64,000 bases of DNA from positions 32,736,001-32,800,000 of the forward strand of contig CM060734.1 of NCBI GenBank assembly GCA_030704615.1. Reading direction: 5' to 3'. The number at the start of each line of letters is the position of its first letter. The stretch's first letter is position 1. Of this stretch, positions 1 through 13,400 are shown piece by piece. This DNA is from Takakia lepidozioides. Taxonomy: Eukaryota; Plantae; Bryophyta. The position numbers were made by a program, and so were the translations under genes. Below the pieces are notes generated by a model. The model did not search any database, was not told the origin of the DNA, and saw only the letters and a list, made by a program, of their open reading frames with translations.

Positions 1-326
1 AACCAACTTCACCAATTTATTTTGTACAAGTTTTCAGTAACATAGGAGGCCATCGGTGTAAGGTGGGTTCCTCACTGCTAGAATTCATCTAGTGGCCTTC
101 ATTGCTTGCATTGGATAAACTGCATGACTAGTTGTAACTTGAAAATGATGTTCATGTAAGATCATGAAAATACAGCAGCATAAATCAGATCAATCCGTGT
201 TTGCTCAGTTATGCTGTTTCTGTCGTATAGTGTTTGTTGGTGTAGGCTTTCATCTGTCTGAAACTCTTCACATACTTTTCTCTCAGAGGTTTGTGAGACA
301 ATACATTGGATACAACAGATTCTGAC

Positions 327-3300
327 CTTGTTGTAGCGTCTATAAAATTTGGCGAGATAGTCTAGTTCCTCTACTTCAACACCAGCATCATCCACAGCAT
401 GCGATGACCACCAAAATTTGGATCCTTGAGGGGAGACGGGCTCTGTTGGAAGCTGGCTTGTGATGGGAAGTTCCACATCTATGATGCTCCGTTCCCTTGC
501 CCTGGGAACCACCCTGTTGAGCTCCACTGTAGGCACGACAGCAACTGCCTTACACGCTGCAGAGTTAAGATCCACAGTTACAGAAAGTGCGTTAATGTTG
601 GCAGAGAGTGGATCCTTGCAAGGCACTACTGCATGCAGTTCATAAACTTCAGATCTGAGATGAAATCTGAAAAGAGAAGGACAAAGTCGAGTCATCTGGT
701 GTGTGAGAGCCAAAAGCTCTGACAAAGATCAAAGCTTGATGTGAGAATTGAGTACGTTAAAATACAGGACCTTACAGCTGTCATCTGCAGCCATCTCTTC
801 GTCAAGCCTAGCGCCTGGCAGTGTGGGGATGGAGGAGACGTACAATGGATCAAAGGGAAAGATTTTCTCGTGCTCTGTTTCCAGCTGTGACATCACTCCA
901 GGCCATGATTTAGCATGCCCAGCATGTAAGTGTCACATAATTCTGCAAATGATTTGGACATTCAACCCTTGTTATTTGTGTTTCCAGGATGAGTAAAAAC
1001 ACTTTTCCAGTCTCACACCAGCCCTGACACCATACGATTCCTGGATTAGGCTCAAATCCTACCCTGCAGTTGAATGCTGCTAGCTTGAGCAGGCGCTTAG
1101 CCAAACTGAGTTTTGTCTGCAGATCCTTGCTGACCTCCCCTACATCATTAGAAATTTTCTGCCAAACAAAAGCACACAGATAGAAAAACTTCATTCATCT
1201 GGGATCACGAGTGAATCTGTGTGTTAGCTTGGTTTGCCTCACGGTTGTGAAAGAAGGATAAAATGTGCTCCCTTCTCCATCTTTTGGAAACTACAAACAT
1301 GGTCTCCTTGACAAGCTCTCCACTCCTAAAGTAAGCAAGCAAGAAAGGAACCTTGTAACAGCCATGGGAAGCTCAAATAGATTATTGCATGATAACAGAT
1401 AAAACAACAGAGAAAAGTGGGTCAGCCACCACAACCATAAAACTACAAAGATACAGGGACTCAGCACAGAGGGAGAGAGAATATATTCATAAGACGTTTG
1501 CTGTAGCCTTGAGAAAGTACTCATAAGACGTTGTTTGCCATAGCCTTGTGGCCATTGACCCCGCGCCCAGTTTACGCGGAACACCATGGGATGGAACCTA
1601 CCTTTGTCAGGGGCTGACGCCGGTAGTAAGACTTACCTTGGAATACACAATTGATCCGGGTTTTCCAGATATCCTCTAGAAATCCCTTTACACAAGCATC
1701 AACCTGCTGTGTGTGGTTTGCCTAATAACTAGGCCCCAAAAGGGCCTGGGCTTTTGGCTCAGCCTCGAGACTTTCAAAGTTGTTAAACAGAGGTACAGGC
1801 ACACAATGAATCAGGAAATGAATATTGTCTTCAGGTTGCCCACACAGCGGGCAATTGCACTCTCCCTTTCCTCTCTGCTTCTGTTTGCTGTTCAAAGGTA
1901 GGCTTCCTGCCCTGAGTTTAAATTTCAGTCTATTGGGTAGACCCTTGAAGTCATCCATGATGTCCTCCCCCATGTCACAGACTGGAAACAAATTCAGGGA
2001 AAACTAGCGTAACTTCATTTTCATCAGACAATTTCCTGGCAGCAGACGAGATTACAGCCTCCAAGTCAAATTTATCCAGCAGGGTCAAGACTTGCGGGCT
2101 AAGATTCAGATCCTTGAGAATCTCTTCTACTGTCTCCCGCCAGGACTTAAGCCTGTTTGACAGGGTGATCCTGCTTCCAAGATATGGAGTCAATTAACTT
2201 CGGATATCTGATGTTGGACATATGTCTCAGCTGACCCCACCATCTGACCTTGAATTCATCTCGTCGGGAGCTTAAGGAAGGGATGCCAAACTCACCCTGA
2301 ACAGCCACATTGGCTGTTTTGGAGCATGCTGACATGCACTCCTTATGCACGCCCACTGAATGGATTCTAGAGACTTAGCCTGGTTGGAGTTATCAACCCA
2401 TATTGCAGATGCGTACTCCAAGGCAGGTCTAATAACGCGACAAAGCATGGTTTTTTTGACCTCAGAGTTGATCCATCTGCGGTGGAAAACTTTAGTGAGA
2501 CCCAGCGCTTTGCGCTTGCCAGTTGGAACAACTTTCTGAATATCTGCATCCCAATTACAGTTGGAGGAAAACTCAACGCCGACGTATGTGTGGGAAGGGA
2601 GGACCGGAATCTCTTGGCTTCCCCACTGCCACTTGAGATCACCTCCTCCTACCCTTGGTCGTTGAATGCCACCACTGCACATTTACTGACGTTAGCCTCT
2701 AGCCCCCAAAGGTAAAAGTATCTCTTCGCGCAATCAATCAACTCCTGGAGATTGGAAGGAGTCTCCCCTATGCCTGCGAAGTCATCCACAAACATAAGGG
2801 CTGGTATGGTGGCATCACCCACCCTTAACCCAAATCCCTTACTTTCCACATCCTCGAGGTGTTGATTGATGAAAACATTGAAGTGTAGGGGGAGAGGGTA
2901 CATTCTTGAGCTACACCTTGGTCTACGTCAAAGAAGTTAGACTTCTGTCCATTAACAGTGACATAGCTTTTGGTGTGAGCATACAAGTTATGGACCACTC
3001 TCCACATCTTTCCCTTGATCCCCCATGACCAGAGTCGGAGCCATAGACCGTCTCTCCACACTGTGTCATAAGCCTTTTTGACATCCAAGAAAAATACAAA
3101 AGTGGGTATCCCTTCATTTTTCCTTCCCTGGATAATCTGGCTTAGAGTGAAGATTTGATCCACAGAGCCCCTGTTTCGCCAAAAGCCAGCTTGGCCTTCG
3201 TGGAAACAACCTCTCGATTCCAGATCAACCTCGAGACGAGTACTTATAACTCTGCAAAATATCTTGCCAACTGCATTGAGGAGCGTGATGCCTCGGTAGT

Positions 3301-6300
3301 TCCCCGGTTCTTCTCTGTCACCCTTCTTGTACAGATTGGCAATGACCCCCTGTCGCCAGCGAAAGGGGATCATTTCAGTCCTCCAGATAAGGTTAAAGAG
3401 ACGTACAAGGGCCTCTATCATGGGATCGCCACCGTACTTGATAAACTCGTTGACTATGCCATCAGGTCCACCAGTTTTATATCCATTTAAATGCCTTTGA
3501 AATATACTCCAATTCATCAGGGCTGTCTTGAATCATAGGAACAGTTTTTCCAACTGTGTCCTCCCATTCTTCAGAGGACCCCTCACTGTTAGACCTAGAA
3601 ATTCTGCCAAGGATACTGTAGTGGGTTTCAAAGGTTTATGTCAACCGTTGAAGTCACCACTGCACCCTTAGTAGTCCTCAGCGATTGTACTTGCTGACAG
3701 TTTTTCCACTTATACAACGTTGAAGGGCCAACCAGAATCTCTTGTCACTACCACCATGGTGGTTTGAGTTTATTTCACTGTATAGCTTGTCCCAGCATAA
3801 TTTCTTCTGAGACCTTACAAGCTGATTCATATCTTTGCGGATCTGGTAGTACCTAGCCCACAATTCTTTGTTGGGAGAAAGAGACACAGAAAGAGAAAGA
3901 GAGATTGGCAGGTTTGCAGATTCTTTAAGGCAATGGTGGGCATGTACTGAAGAGAATCCAAAAGAAAGAGGGCACCTTTAGCTTGATATGCTCCGAGTCG
4001 TGCAATCTGTTTAAAGCCTTCTTGAGATTTTGGTAGTGCTTGTTTATCCGGCCCTTCTCATCTTGTAAAGCTTTGTTTGCTACCTCCCACTCTTTGCTGT
4101 CTCAGAAGTGCAATCTATGTATCAGTGAGACATGACAGATCACAGAAGTAAAGATTATTTGGTATATTTAAAATTCCAAAAAATTCTGTATTTAATCCAG
4201 GATTCTACTGGTAAAGTCTAGATATTAGACATCCCTGATTCAACTTCTGTCCGAGGCTATTACTGCTAAACCTTTCAGCCCCAGAAGCGAAGGTTCCCGA
4301 GTAATCAACAGACAAACCAATTCCTGGGTAGTCAGTGACTCCATTGCATTCACAATAGACACCAATGCAAAGAAAAGCTATTAAATAGTCCCCAGCTTTC
4401 AAGTGTTGCATGAATACAGCTATTGAGGAAGGGGCAGACCTATTGACGGCCATGTGGGCACGAACGTAAGCCAGGTTATCATGCAGGCGCACAAGCTTGC
4501 GCATGCGTTGCTCAATCAACCGTGATGTGATGGCATCCTTGGCCGAGAGATCTTTGAATGATATTGTCTTTACTTCTGTGCGTTGCAGATACGTCTGATC
4601 CACCACACCACCATTTACACCAAGTGCGGCTTTGAGAAAATGACATGTGTTGTCTTTGCTGGAGGGTTCCAGGGTGCTTGGTAGATAGGAGTACAGACAC
4701 CAGCACACTGACTTATAACTAGCAGTATGTACCAAAGTTCACATGTAGGCAATGAGCACTTACAATCCCAATAGCTGATAATGAGGATTTGTCAGCACAT
4801 AATTACCTCGTGGGTGTGCTCGATTTGGCGCTCCAGTGCCTCGATTCCACTCTCCAACGATATCCGCATCACATTGTACTCCTCTATGTTTTTGTTCTGG
4901 GTCAAGCACAATGAACATGGTTCTTTTGAACTGTGGAGTAAAGCATTGTTCAGCAAGTGCATTCCAGGCAGTCAGATGGTGTTACATGTATGGTCAGATT
5001 GGACTCAGCGGCTGGTCTTGGTCCCAAAATGCCAAGAAAGTGAAACCATACTTGATGTGGAGGTTACAATTGTGCGGCTGTAAGGAAAATCAGAAATTAG
5101 TCTCACTTTCATAAGGCAGAGAAAATACAGTGTTTAGCTAACCACATATATGCATGCATATCTGCATGATTACATAAGTCAACAAGAAAGAGACACAGAT
5201 AAGGATGAGCACCTTAATTTCTTCACCCGTGGTTTCAAATTCTTGGCGTTTCTCACCAAGAGCTTCTTCAAATTCTGTTTTCATTGAGGATATCATGTCT
5301 ACCATTTCCTGCAAACCACGTCCAAGCAAATCCTTACAGACTAAAACCAAAGAGCTTCACATCCCAAAGTCTCCCCCTCCTCCCAAATAAAACCTGCGTC
5401 TAAAAATTATTCTAGTAAGACGGTATTAGCTTTCTAGCTCTCTAGAAAGCTTAGAGTAGCTTAGAGTACACTCTCTATTCATGTCATAGTCTGAACTAAA
5501 CATACAGCAATTCAGGTCATGCCATGCATCAATTAGAGGATGGGTGCCAGTTGATTTGCAAGTATCCAACCTTCTTCTGTGCATCATGGGTACCAATCAT
5601 ATGCTCATGTTCTGTACTGAAGCTCTCTGCCAAAATTTGAAAATGGCCTTTGAACTCCTCGTCCATTTTCTGTTGATTAAAGACGAACCCCATGTCCCGG
5701 AATGAAAACATTTAGCTCCTTTACTTCATTGCTGGCACTGCATGCAAGGTCTGCTTGATGGTCATCGCTGGCTGAATTGGAATTCATCTCATGTTGAGGC
5801 AATCTCAAAGCATCTTAAGACTTGTTTCGAATCCCACGGTTTTCACATGATATTAAGCATTCACTGGAAAGATAATCTCACCTTGAAAGAACTGGAGAGA
5901 TTGCTGTTAAACACAAACTCATTTGAAACTTATACCTGTACAACACTACACAACATCCTAGAATCAATTATCCCTGTCAAATAGGAGAACCACCATGCAC
6001 CTCAGTGGTTGTACAAAAAGGTGTGAGTAACAAGGTACTACCCTCATGCGCATATAGTGGAGGTCAATAAGGACATCAAGCATGTTTAAATGCTTGCTCA
6101 GAGCTGTCTGCTGCTGCCCTTCTGCCTCCTCAATTGATTTTCGGAAGTCTGCTATGGTTGCATCCTTCACCTCCACCTGTGCACCATATCCAAAAAGTAC
6201 ATGTGTGCACATGCAGGTGCATGTTGTGAGATGCTTCACTCCATGGTGTGCAGTGGGGAGTCCCACCAGCAGTTACAATGCTTGATGGTGAAGCGCCTCA

Positions 6301-8441
6301 TGGTCATTCAGCTATGCATTCTTCAGGGCAGGTACACAAAGAAACATATGTGCAGCTGTGCTCGGCTACCATTCATCCATACAGAGGGAAACTCAATCAC
6401 TGTCCATTTCCATTTCCAACCATTTCCCAAAGGCTACAGGTCAAGGTGTGAATTTGATCAATGACGTTTCCTATATATGTGTCTCTTCACCTGTGTGTCT
6501 GTCTCTACGTACACAATGTCCTGCAGCTGTCTCTTCTTTTCTCTCTTCCCCTTTGCAAACCCCCAAAAAGGAAAAGAATGTGAACAAGGGGACACCTGAT
6601 GCACATGCTTCTCAGCCAGCCATTCAATATCCCTGCGCAGATCCTGCACTTTTGATTCGCGCAATATCTTGCGCCAGTCCTTGTGAATTTTCAGCATGCT
6701 CATCTTGCTTAGCTTCTCCTCATCAACCTGAAGACCCACGTGGGCAAAGTCTGATTTTAGGCTTCCATTCTTCACAGATCACATCTTAACATGACTTGCG
6801 ACACTTTCATATCTGTTGCTGATCAGACCGACGGTTTGATGGTAGAGCATCCAGAATGTTGCATCAATAGCCCACTACACGTATGACAAATTTGAGAAGG
6901 CACGACAAACCATATGTTTCTTTATTTGGTCCCTTCGATCCCGTATTTTCTTCTTCCGCATTTCCTCAGCCTGCCAACATGAGCTGAAAAGTCAGAGTAT
7001 GCAACGTTCATGCATTGCCACAAGATGGCACTTCTTCCGAAGACATGTGGTTGTTGGGAGGAAATGAAAAGCAATACAGCTGGTTTGGTAAATTATGTGG
7101 GCACACAGGCTTCAGAGACTGCACATCTTGCCCAGCAGTTGACGTGGCCAAGCAGCCATCTTCCACAGAAGACTCCTGCTGGGAGCTGGGTTCTGATTGC
7201 GACTCAAATAATAAGATAGCAACTACTAAATAATATGACACACAAACAAGGAGTAGTTCATGTCCCCCTTACATTTTGCTTTGTAGTGGTCACTCAATCA
7301 TTTGTCATTTAAGTCCTACATGCAAGGACTTTGGTGTTGAGATATTCCATAGAGGCAAATTTATCTACTCCATCATGTGAGAAGGACACAACCCATTGCT
7401 AAGAGTTCACTTCCAGAAACACTCAATCTTGCAGTCTTCCATGTAGGGTGGCATTCGTCCAATGATAAATGCAGGAGCCTTTATTCACATTACCACAGGG
7501 CAACTCTACCGTAACAGTGTATTGCAAGCCTGAAAATCGATGTGGAAGAGATCACACATAATTTCTGAGACGAAGATGGTTTGTACCTGAAGTGCCATCA
7601 TTTCTGCTTTGATTTTTTTTTCCTCCTCAGTGAGAGGCTTTTTGCCCTGGAACAAACACAGCCACAGTTTCTGAGATATGCAACTGGCGCCCAACTATTG
7701 ATGACTTCATTTCTATTGCTCTTATCCTCCTTGTGATCTTCTACCAAGGAGAAAAAGAAGATGAAAACAAGGTATAAATGGGTCGGGAAGATACTATGCA
7801 GCCTGTACATAATTTTGTAGACTGGTTCCTACAAATTGTCCCCTTACTAACTTGCCCACAGCAGACTGCTGGGACTCCACTGAACCCTCATGAGGCCTGG
7901 CTTTGACAAGCTCGGATTCAACTTTTGCCAGATTTGGCAAGAGAATGTTGTCACTATTTGCAGAATCAGCTGCAAGGAGGTGCCTGGCCACCTGACCTTT
8001 CAACATTGAACAGTCTCTCTAGTCGAAATCCGCAAAATTAAATCAGGTCACTAATTGTGTGGACGACCATAGTTCCCAATATTCAGCTTTGATATTAAAT
8101 TCCACCCTCGTCTGCAGCCTCTGTTCCAAAATTCTCAACTAATAATTCGAAGTTCTATACGCTATGATCCCAGTCGATCATCGCCAGCAGCTAGTACCAA
8201 ATGGTAACTCATCCGAGTGAGGTCTTTTGCCACCCCACCCCGGTCTAGCATGATCACCTGAAGCCACCATGCAAATTACAAAGGTGATACAGGTTGCTCA
8301 ATAGTCTCATGACAATGCAGTCAATTGTAACTCCTTCATAAAGTTGTGACCAGGGCGCTGTCGAACGACAAGAACAGACAAGAACTCAAGGATCAGCACC
8401 TTCTTTATGACAGGCTCCTCAGGTTCAGGCTTCGGTGCCAT
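327..8441 (-). CDS. DRC2: Dynein regulatory complex subunit 2 (CCDC65/FAP250-like), multi-exon; 3' end continues left of the window
   Basis: GT-AG exons in phase: 8400-8441 (MAPKPEPEEPVIKK), 7587-7646, 6911-6970, 6596-6727, 6042-6176, 5571-5669, 5213-5308, 4807-4896, 4440-4594, 3976-4096, 1063-1158, ~771-884, ~327-630 (last junction uncertain). Coiled-coil protein with CCDC65-like motifs 'RLLKLAAFNCRLETEHEKIFPF' and 'LAKFYRRYNK'. Confidence 0.85.
1483..3885 (-). mobile_element. 5'-truncated, decayed non-LTR retrotransposon (RTEX/RTE-like LINE) inside a DRC2 intron
   Basis: Frameshifted RT (GPDG, NYRGITLL, QAGF, FLDVKKAYD, LMFVDD) at 2649-3517; C-terminal CPLC..HFLIHC zinc motif at ~1810-1860; conserved 3' end with a partial tandem duplication at 1483-1545. 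Confidence 0.9.
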
Positions 8442-8869
8442 AGCTTCCGGTTACTTGCAGCCTTCTCGGAAATTGCACGAAGCGGTATCCTGCCCTTCAC
8501 AAATTGAAGTCTCACAATCTTCAACACCACATTCCAGCAGATTGTGCTACCCAAGTGGAAACGAGGCATCCACAGATATAGATAATGATGAGGACGAGTA
8601 ACAGTGAGAGTGACTCGGTTCTGCGAGCTCCTTGTTCATGGGAGCTGGAGCGATCCCTCTTGCAACAGGTCCGTTCCCTTCAGATTCTAGCTTAGCACTT
8701 CAGAATGTTTTCACGAAGCATTGGAAGCCACGAGAACAACTGAATGCATGTCAATGTCTCTCTGTGTGCATCTCTTTCTCTGTGTGAGAGAGGTGGGCAG
8801 TTGTCCGTTGAGTGAGAAGGGAAGGGGTACTGTGAAAAAGGCAGCGAGACATGTCAGCCGGCGTGGTCC

Positions 8870-8960
8870 CGCCCACGTGACCCATTTTGGCGCCGCCTAC
8901 CTGGCACTCGGGGGAGGATGAATGAAGGATAGCAATGCGAAATTACCCTAAACCCCTCGT
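8870..8960. promoter_or_regulatory. Divergent promoter between DRC2 and mL53, with a G-box and telo-box-like motif
   Basis: The two ATGs are head-to-head about 570 bp apart; CACGTG at ~8874-8879; ACCCTAAACCC at ~8945-8955. Confidence 0.45.
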
Positions 8961-9008
8961 CTGCGATTCTCTCTCGCATACACAGATACACAATCTGAGG
9001 TTTCTACA

Positions 9009-9359
9009 ATGCTCAAGCATCTGTCCAAAGTTAGGATAGAGTTCAATGCTTTGGATGCACGGGCTGCCTCAGCTCTTGAATTTCTGGCTCAATGCAACTC
9101 AAGGAAAGCGCGAGAATCAAACCCAAGTTGCGTGGTTACCGTTAAGCGGCGTACCGACGACCACCATCCTGTTATTGCTGTGACGTTCATTAACGGCCAG
9201 GAAGAGATCATGGATGGTTCCAACCTCCCTGCACAGCATATTAGGAAGCGGGTTCTTGAGCAAGCTCAGATGATGGAGACTGAGAAGATGTTCCGAGAGG
9301 CTGGTCACGCCTGGCCCGTTATGATTCCACTAGAAGAGATTGAAGCCAGCAAAAAATGA
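9009..9359 (+). CDS. MRPL53: Mitochondrial large ribosomal subunit protein mL53, intronless, 116 aa
   Basis: MLKHLSKVRIEFNALDARAASALEFLAQCNSRKARESNPSC... matches the plant mL53 family as I recall it; complete ORF. Confidence 0.9.
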   Translation: MLKHLSKVRIEFNALDARAASALEFLAQCNSRKARESNPSCVVTVKRRTDDHHPVIAVTFINGQEEIMDGSNLPAQHIRKRVLEQAQMMETEKMFREAGHAWPVMIPLEEIEASKK

Positions 9360-10428
9360 CAAAGGTGGGTTTGCAATTTTGATGGTTATGGAGCATTTTT
9401 GAGAGGCAGAGAGAAGAGGACGTAGAGTAGAAATCTTACCTCATCTGAAAGCCGTGAGGTCCATACACCTAATATTGTGGGCAGATTTTCGTATCTCTTG
9501 GGTTGTGATTGACGACGATGAGGGACGGCGACCACTGAATGCATTCTGCTCGGGAAGTACAGAATTCGGGGAACTTGCCTCCTCATCAGATATAGAGCTA
9601 GACAACCACCATCTCAGCATATTAGTTTCCCTTTTTGCTTTCCAGTGCAATGACTGCCACCTCTGTGATAGTACCAGCCCCCTGAAAACCAGCTTGAGAA
9701 GCAAATGTGTTGTGGCTTTCCTGGGGTATTTTCAGCCGGGTTGTGGCCCTTGGTGGAAGTGAAATTCTTCTGTTTGGCCATGCAGCTTTACTCGGCAGGC
9801 AAAGTGAGTTCGGATTAGTCTCAATTGACAAATGGCTCTCATACCGCAAGGGAAAGGACCTTCACTGCAATGACATCCTAGGTGCTGCTGTTCAACTCTA
9901 GAGCTCTGATTGGACTTCAATTGCATCTCATTGGCATGGGATAACCCATGTGTGTGTGAGGTTACTCTAAGGGCACAGGAATGTTCCATCCTCTCTGTAT
10001 TCCCACAAATGTATACCAGTTGTTGAGATCCATTGAATAAAATAATTTGATGTCCAAGGGCACATGAACTTGACTCTGACAGTGTTGCAGCAGTGCCTTG
10101 GTGATATATTATATGGTGAAAATTGATGTTTTCGACATCTGCATTCTCGAAATAATAGATGTCACGCTTACCGTGTATATGCCTCACCCTCTTGAAGGTT
10201 ATACTTACTTTCACCTGCTTCAATCAGATAAAATGTATAGATGTTTCCCTTCAGTGCCTGGCACCGTCAGTACGGGACATACCTCATTGCAAAAACCTCA
10301 AATGGACTTGCTGCAGTCAACCTAATGTGCTGTAAGATTACCTTTGCTCTACATTAATTTCAACACTACAGCAGACCTTCAACAGACCATAGCTGCAACT
10401 ATGAGTTGTCTCTAAGGTGAAACATCTT

Positions 10429-13400
10429 TTATTTGCTCATAAGATGTAGATCAACGCCTTCATCAAAACCCTTGGAGTCTATCATGACGTTGGCATCTAG
10501 TTGTTTGTCATGCTTTTTCTTCCGTCTCTCTTCAAAGGCTTGGAAACCCTCCATCTTCAGATGACACACAGACTTCCATCAGTAGAGAAGCATTAACTTG
10601 TGTCCTAAAGAAAACCAGAGATGGAATACCTTGTGCCTGACATCGAGGCCATACAGATCAAGACGAAACAGATCTATCCAGTCCTCATCCAAATTATGGT
10701 GACTTCTTTGTGTGTAGTCTCTATTCTGTGCAATGCTCTGGCCACATTGGAATATCAAAAGATAGAAAAATCAACAAATGTACAATATGTGTTCAATAAT
10801 AGTACACACGCACACATGACAGAGAAAGAAGTGTGTGGATTTATCAAGTATATTCCATTCAATGGAAATGACACTCATCAAGCCAGACAGTGGGTGAGGG
10901 GGTCACCTCTTGGAAATGGTCCGAGAGGATAAGGGTCCCATGTATTGACAGAGTTTGCAGTGCCTTGCAGTCCCGCAGCAGGAATGGCGGCAACTGCCCA
11001 AAATAGACAGCACCCTCTAAGCACAACTCCACTCACTCCTGAAGCCTGGTAAAACCTCCACAGTCCTACATATGCATATACTATTTCACCTATTGGCATA
11101 ATGAAGTCCTGATGGGATGCAACCATCTGGGAGTCAGTCTTACCCACAGAAATGAAATTCAACCTGAAATGCCCTGATGCACGGCTTGCAACAGTCTGGT
11201 CACGGTCCACAGCACAGACATCATGGTACATTGAAAGCATAGTTGATAACTGGCACAGCTACCGTCAGCCTTTTACTCCCAGAGCTATGTTATTACCTGT
11301 TTCAACTTCTGGTTATTGAGAACCAGGGTCTTTAAGTGAGATAGGCTGCTTAGCGACGATGGAAGCTCCTCTAACATATTATCTGGCATTTTCCACCAGT
11401 CCACCTTTAGTCACCCCAAATGGCCATCAATATAGACATGAATGAGAGAAGGACAAATGAAGAAATTTATTACATCTATAGACGGCCCATAGTAGAACAA
11501 CACACAGAACTACAGAAACCACAGAACAAACCAAACTCAAATGTTGCATGAAGATGGGTGCCCTACTGTCATACTGGTTCGAATGCTGAGAGAGTGAGAC
11601 AATCTGGTCCAAGGTATATTGAGGAGAAGGACATAAATAGATGGTGATTGCCATACTGTTGTGGAGAGAAAGACAGTCAACTAGTGAAGAGCCTTTGATT
11701 CAGCGTATTATCACATCCATAATAAGTTATACTCTCTTGCATTTCATAAATATAACACTATGCTATGTTTGAGCTTGCTTAAACCCCTTAGCTGGCCTGA
11801 GCATAAGGACTGGAGTTAAGGCCACAGCACAGTGGAAACCAAACAGGGACCGAAGATAACTCATTTCTGAGAACATGGCTTTCTCATAGGACCATACCAA
11901 CGAGCATCCGCATGCACACCAACTATAGGAAGGCTTATTTGAGCTTCATGAAAGACAAAGTGGGTCGCGTGGGAAGTTGAGCAGAATTACCATTAGCAAC
12001 AAGTTCTTCTAAGGAAGCACAACTCCCAAGGGATGCAGGCAGAGATTGAAGCCGGTTTCTACTAACATCCAGCAGCACCAACTATGTCCATCCATGCCAC
12101 AAGTGGTCAAGTAACAGTGAAGGAAATTGCTCAACTCCATCTTGAGCATCTTGACAACAACATTGAGGACACCAACATTCCACCATTACATTGCAGAAAC
12201 TTAGATGTGGCCCTGCAGGTAGGAGATGCATGCCTTACATTGCGGAGGCTCCCAAATGAGTTGGGAAGTGCGTGCAGATTGTTGCCGGCTACCGACAAGC
12301 GCTCGAGCCGCACTAGAAGCCCCACTGCATACGTGCTGCCACAGCGTCAGACAGCCACATTTGAGAAACCCCATCACATTTGGGCTCAAAGAGGAGAATG
12401 CTGTACACAGCAGAGAACCATTTCTATCCCCACCCAAGCTGAGAATACTCAAACATCGGATAGCAAGTACTCTGTCTGTCTGCAAACTGGTGTTTTGATG
12501 CAACAGCTCAAATGATGTGAGATTAACAATATTTTCTTTCGAGAGAGCAGAGCGATCTTTATGGTCATATCAAATACCAGCTGCCACTTCTTGTGTGTGG
12601 AAGCCGAAAAGTATTTCCCTCAAGGCCACCGACACTGTCCGTACCTTCATCTGGTAGCATGGTAAGATGATTGGCATCAAGAGCGAGCACTTTCAGCGAA
12701 CGAAGTCTGCCCAATGTTGATGGAAGCCTCTCCAACAAGTTCTCGGTCAGTATCTATCACATATACATAGCCACAAGTTTAGTCATCTGATATCAAACAA
12801 GGATACATGTTCTTCTCTCTTCAATAAACCATTTTCAGAACATGGTGTAGAACCACAGCAGTAAATACAAGTGACGGTAAAGAACGGAACTTACCAAGCG
12901 CTGGAGGTTGATAAAATTCCCAATATCAGGAGGGAGCGATACTGCATACACCCGAAACCATTCCTGAGTCAGATCTTTCTTCACATCAATATGTTCAGAG
13001 GAAGAATGTACAAGAAAGTGCATGCCAACTTGTCTGTGGCCACACTACAATTAAACCCATCAGTGCTCGATGGTCAGTATTGCAACACCATGAACAGCAA
13101 GCTGCTTCAAATATTGGCAGGCTCGCATCTGGGTCATACTTGAGACACAGGTCAGCTGCCAGGTGGGCAGGACTATTGTCTAGAGAAGTAGAGATCCAAG
13201 TGAAGAGGTTCCATCTTCAGTGAAGAGGTTTCAAATCTTGGCTAGAGCTAAAGCTGCAGATATTGAAGTTGATGTGCAGCAGTTAGTTGATATCCCAACT
13301 GCTGATACAGAAGAATACCAGATACATGATTGCAGATTTGTTTCTTTTGATTTCCTCTTGTACTTCTGTGATTCTATTTCCGTTCTCTACCCCTTGGGCA

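Noticed and set aside
9386-10345. Short minus-strand ORFs and splice-donor-like sites between mL53 and the LRR gene
   Set aside because: No recognisable protein or consistent exon chain; likely 3'UTR or intergenic sequence.
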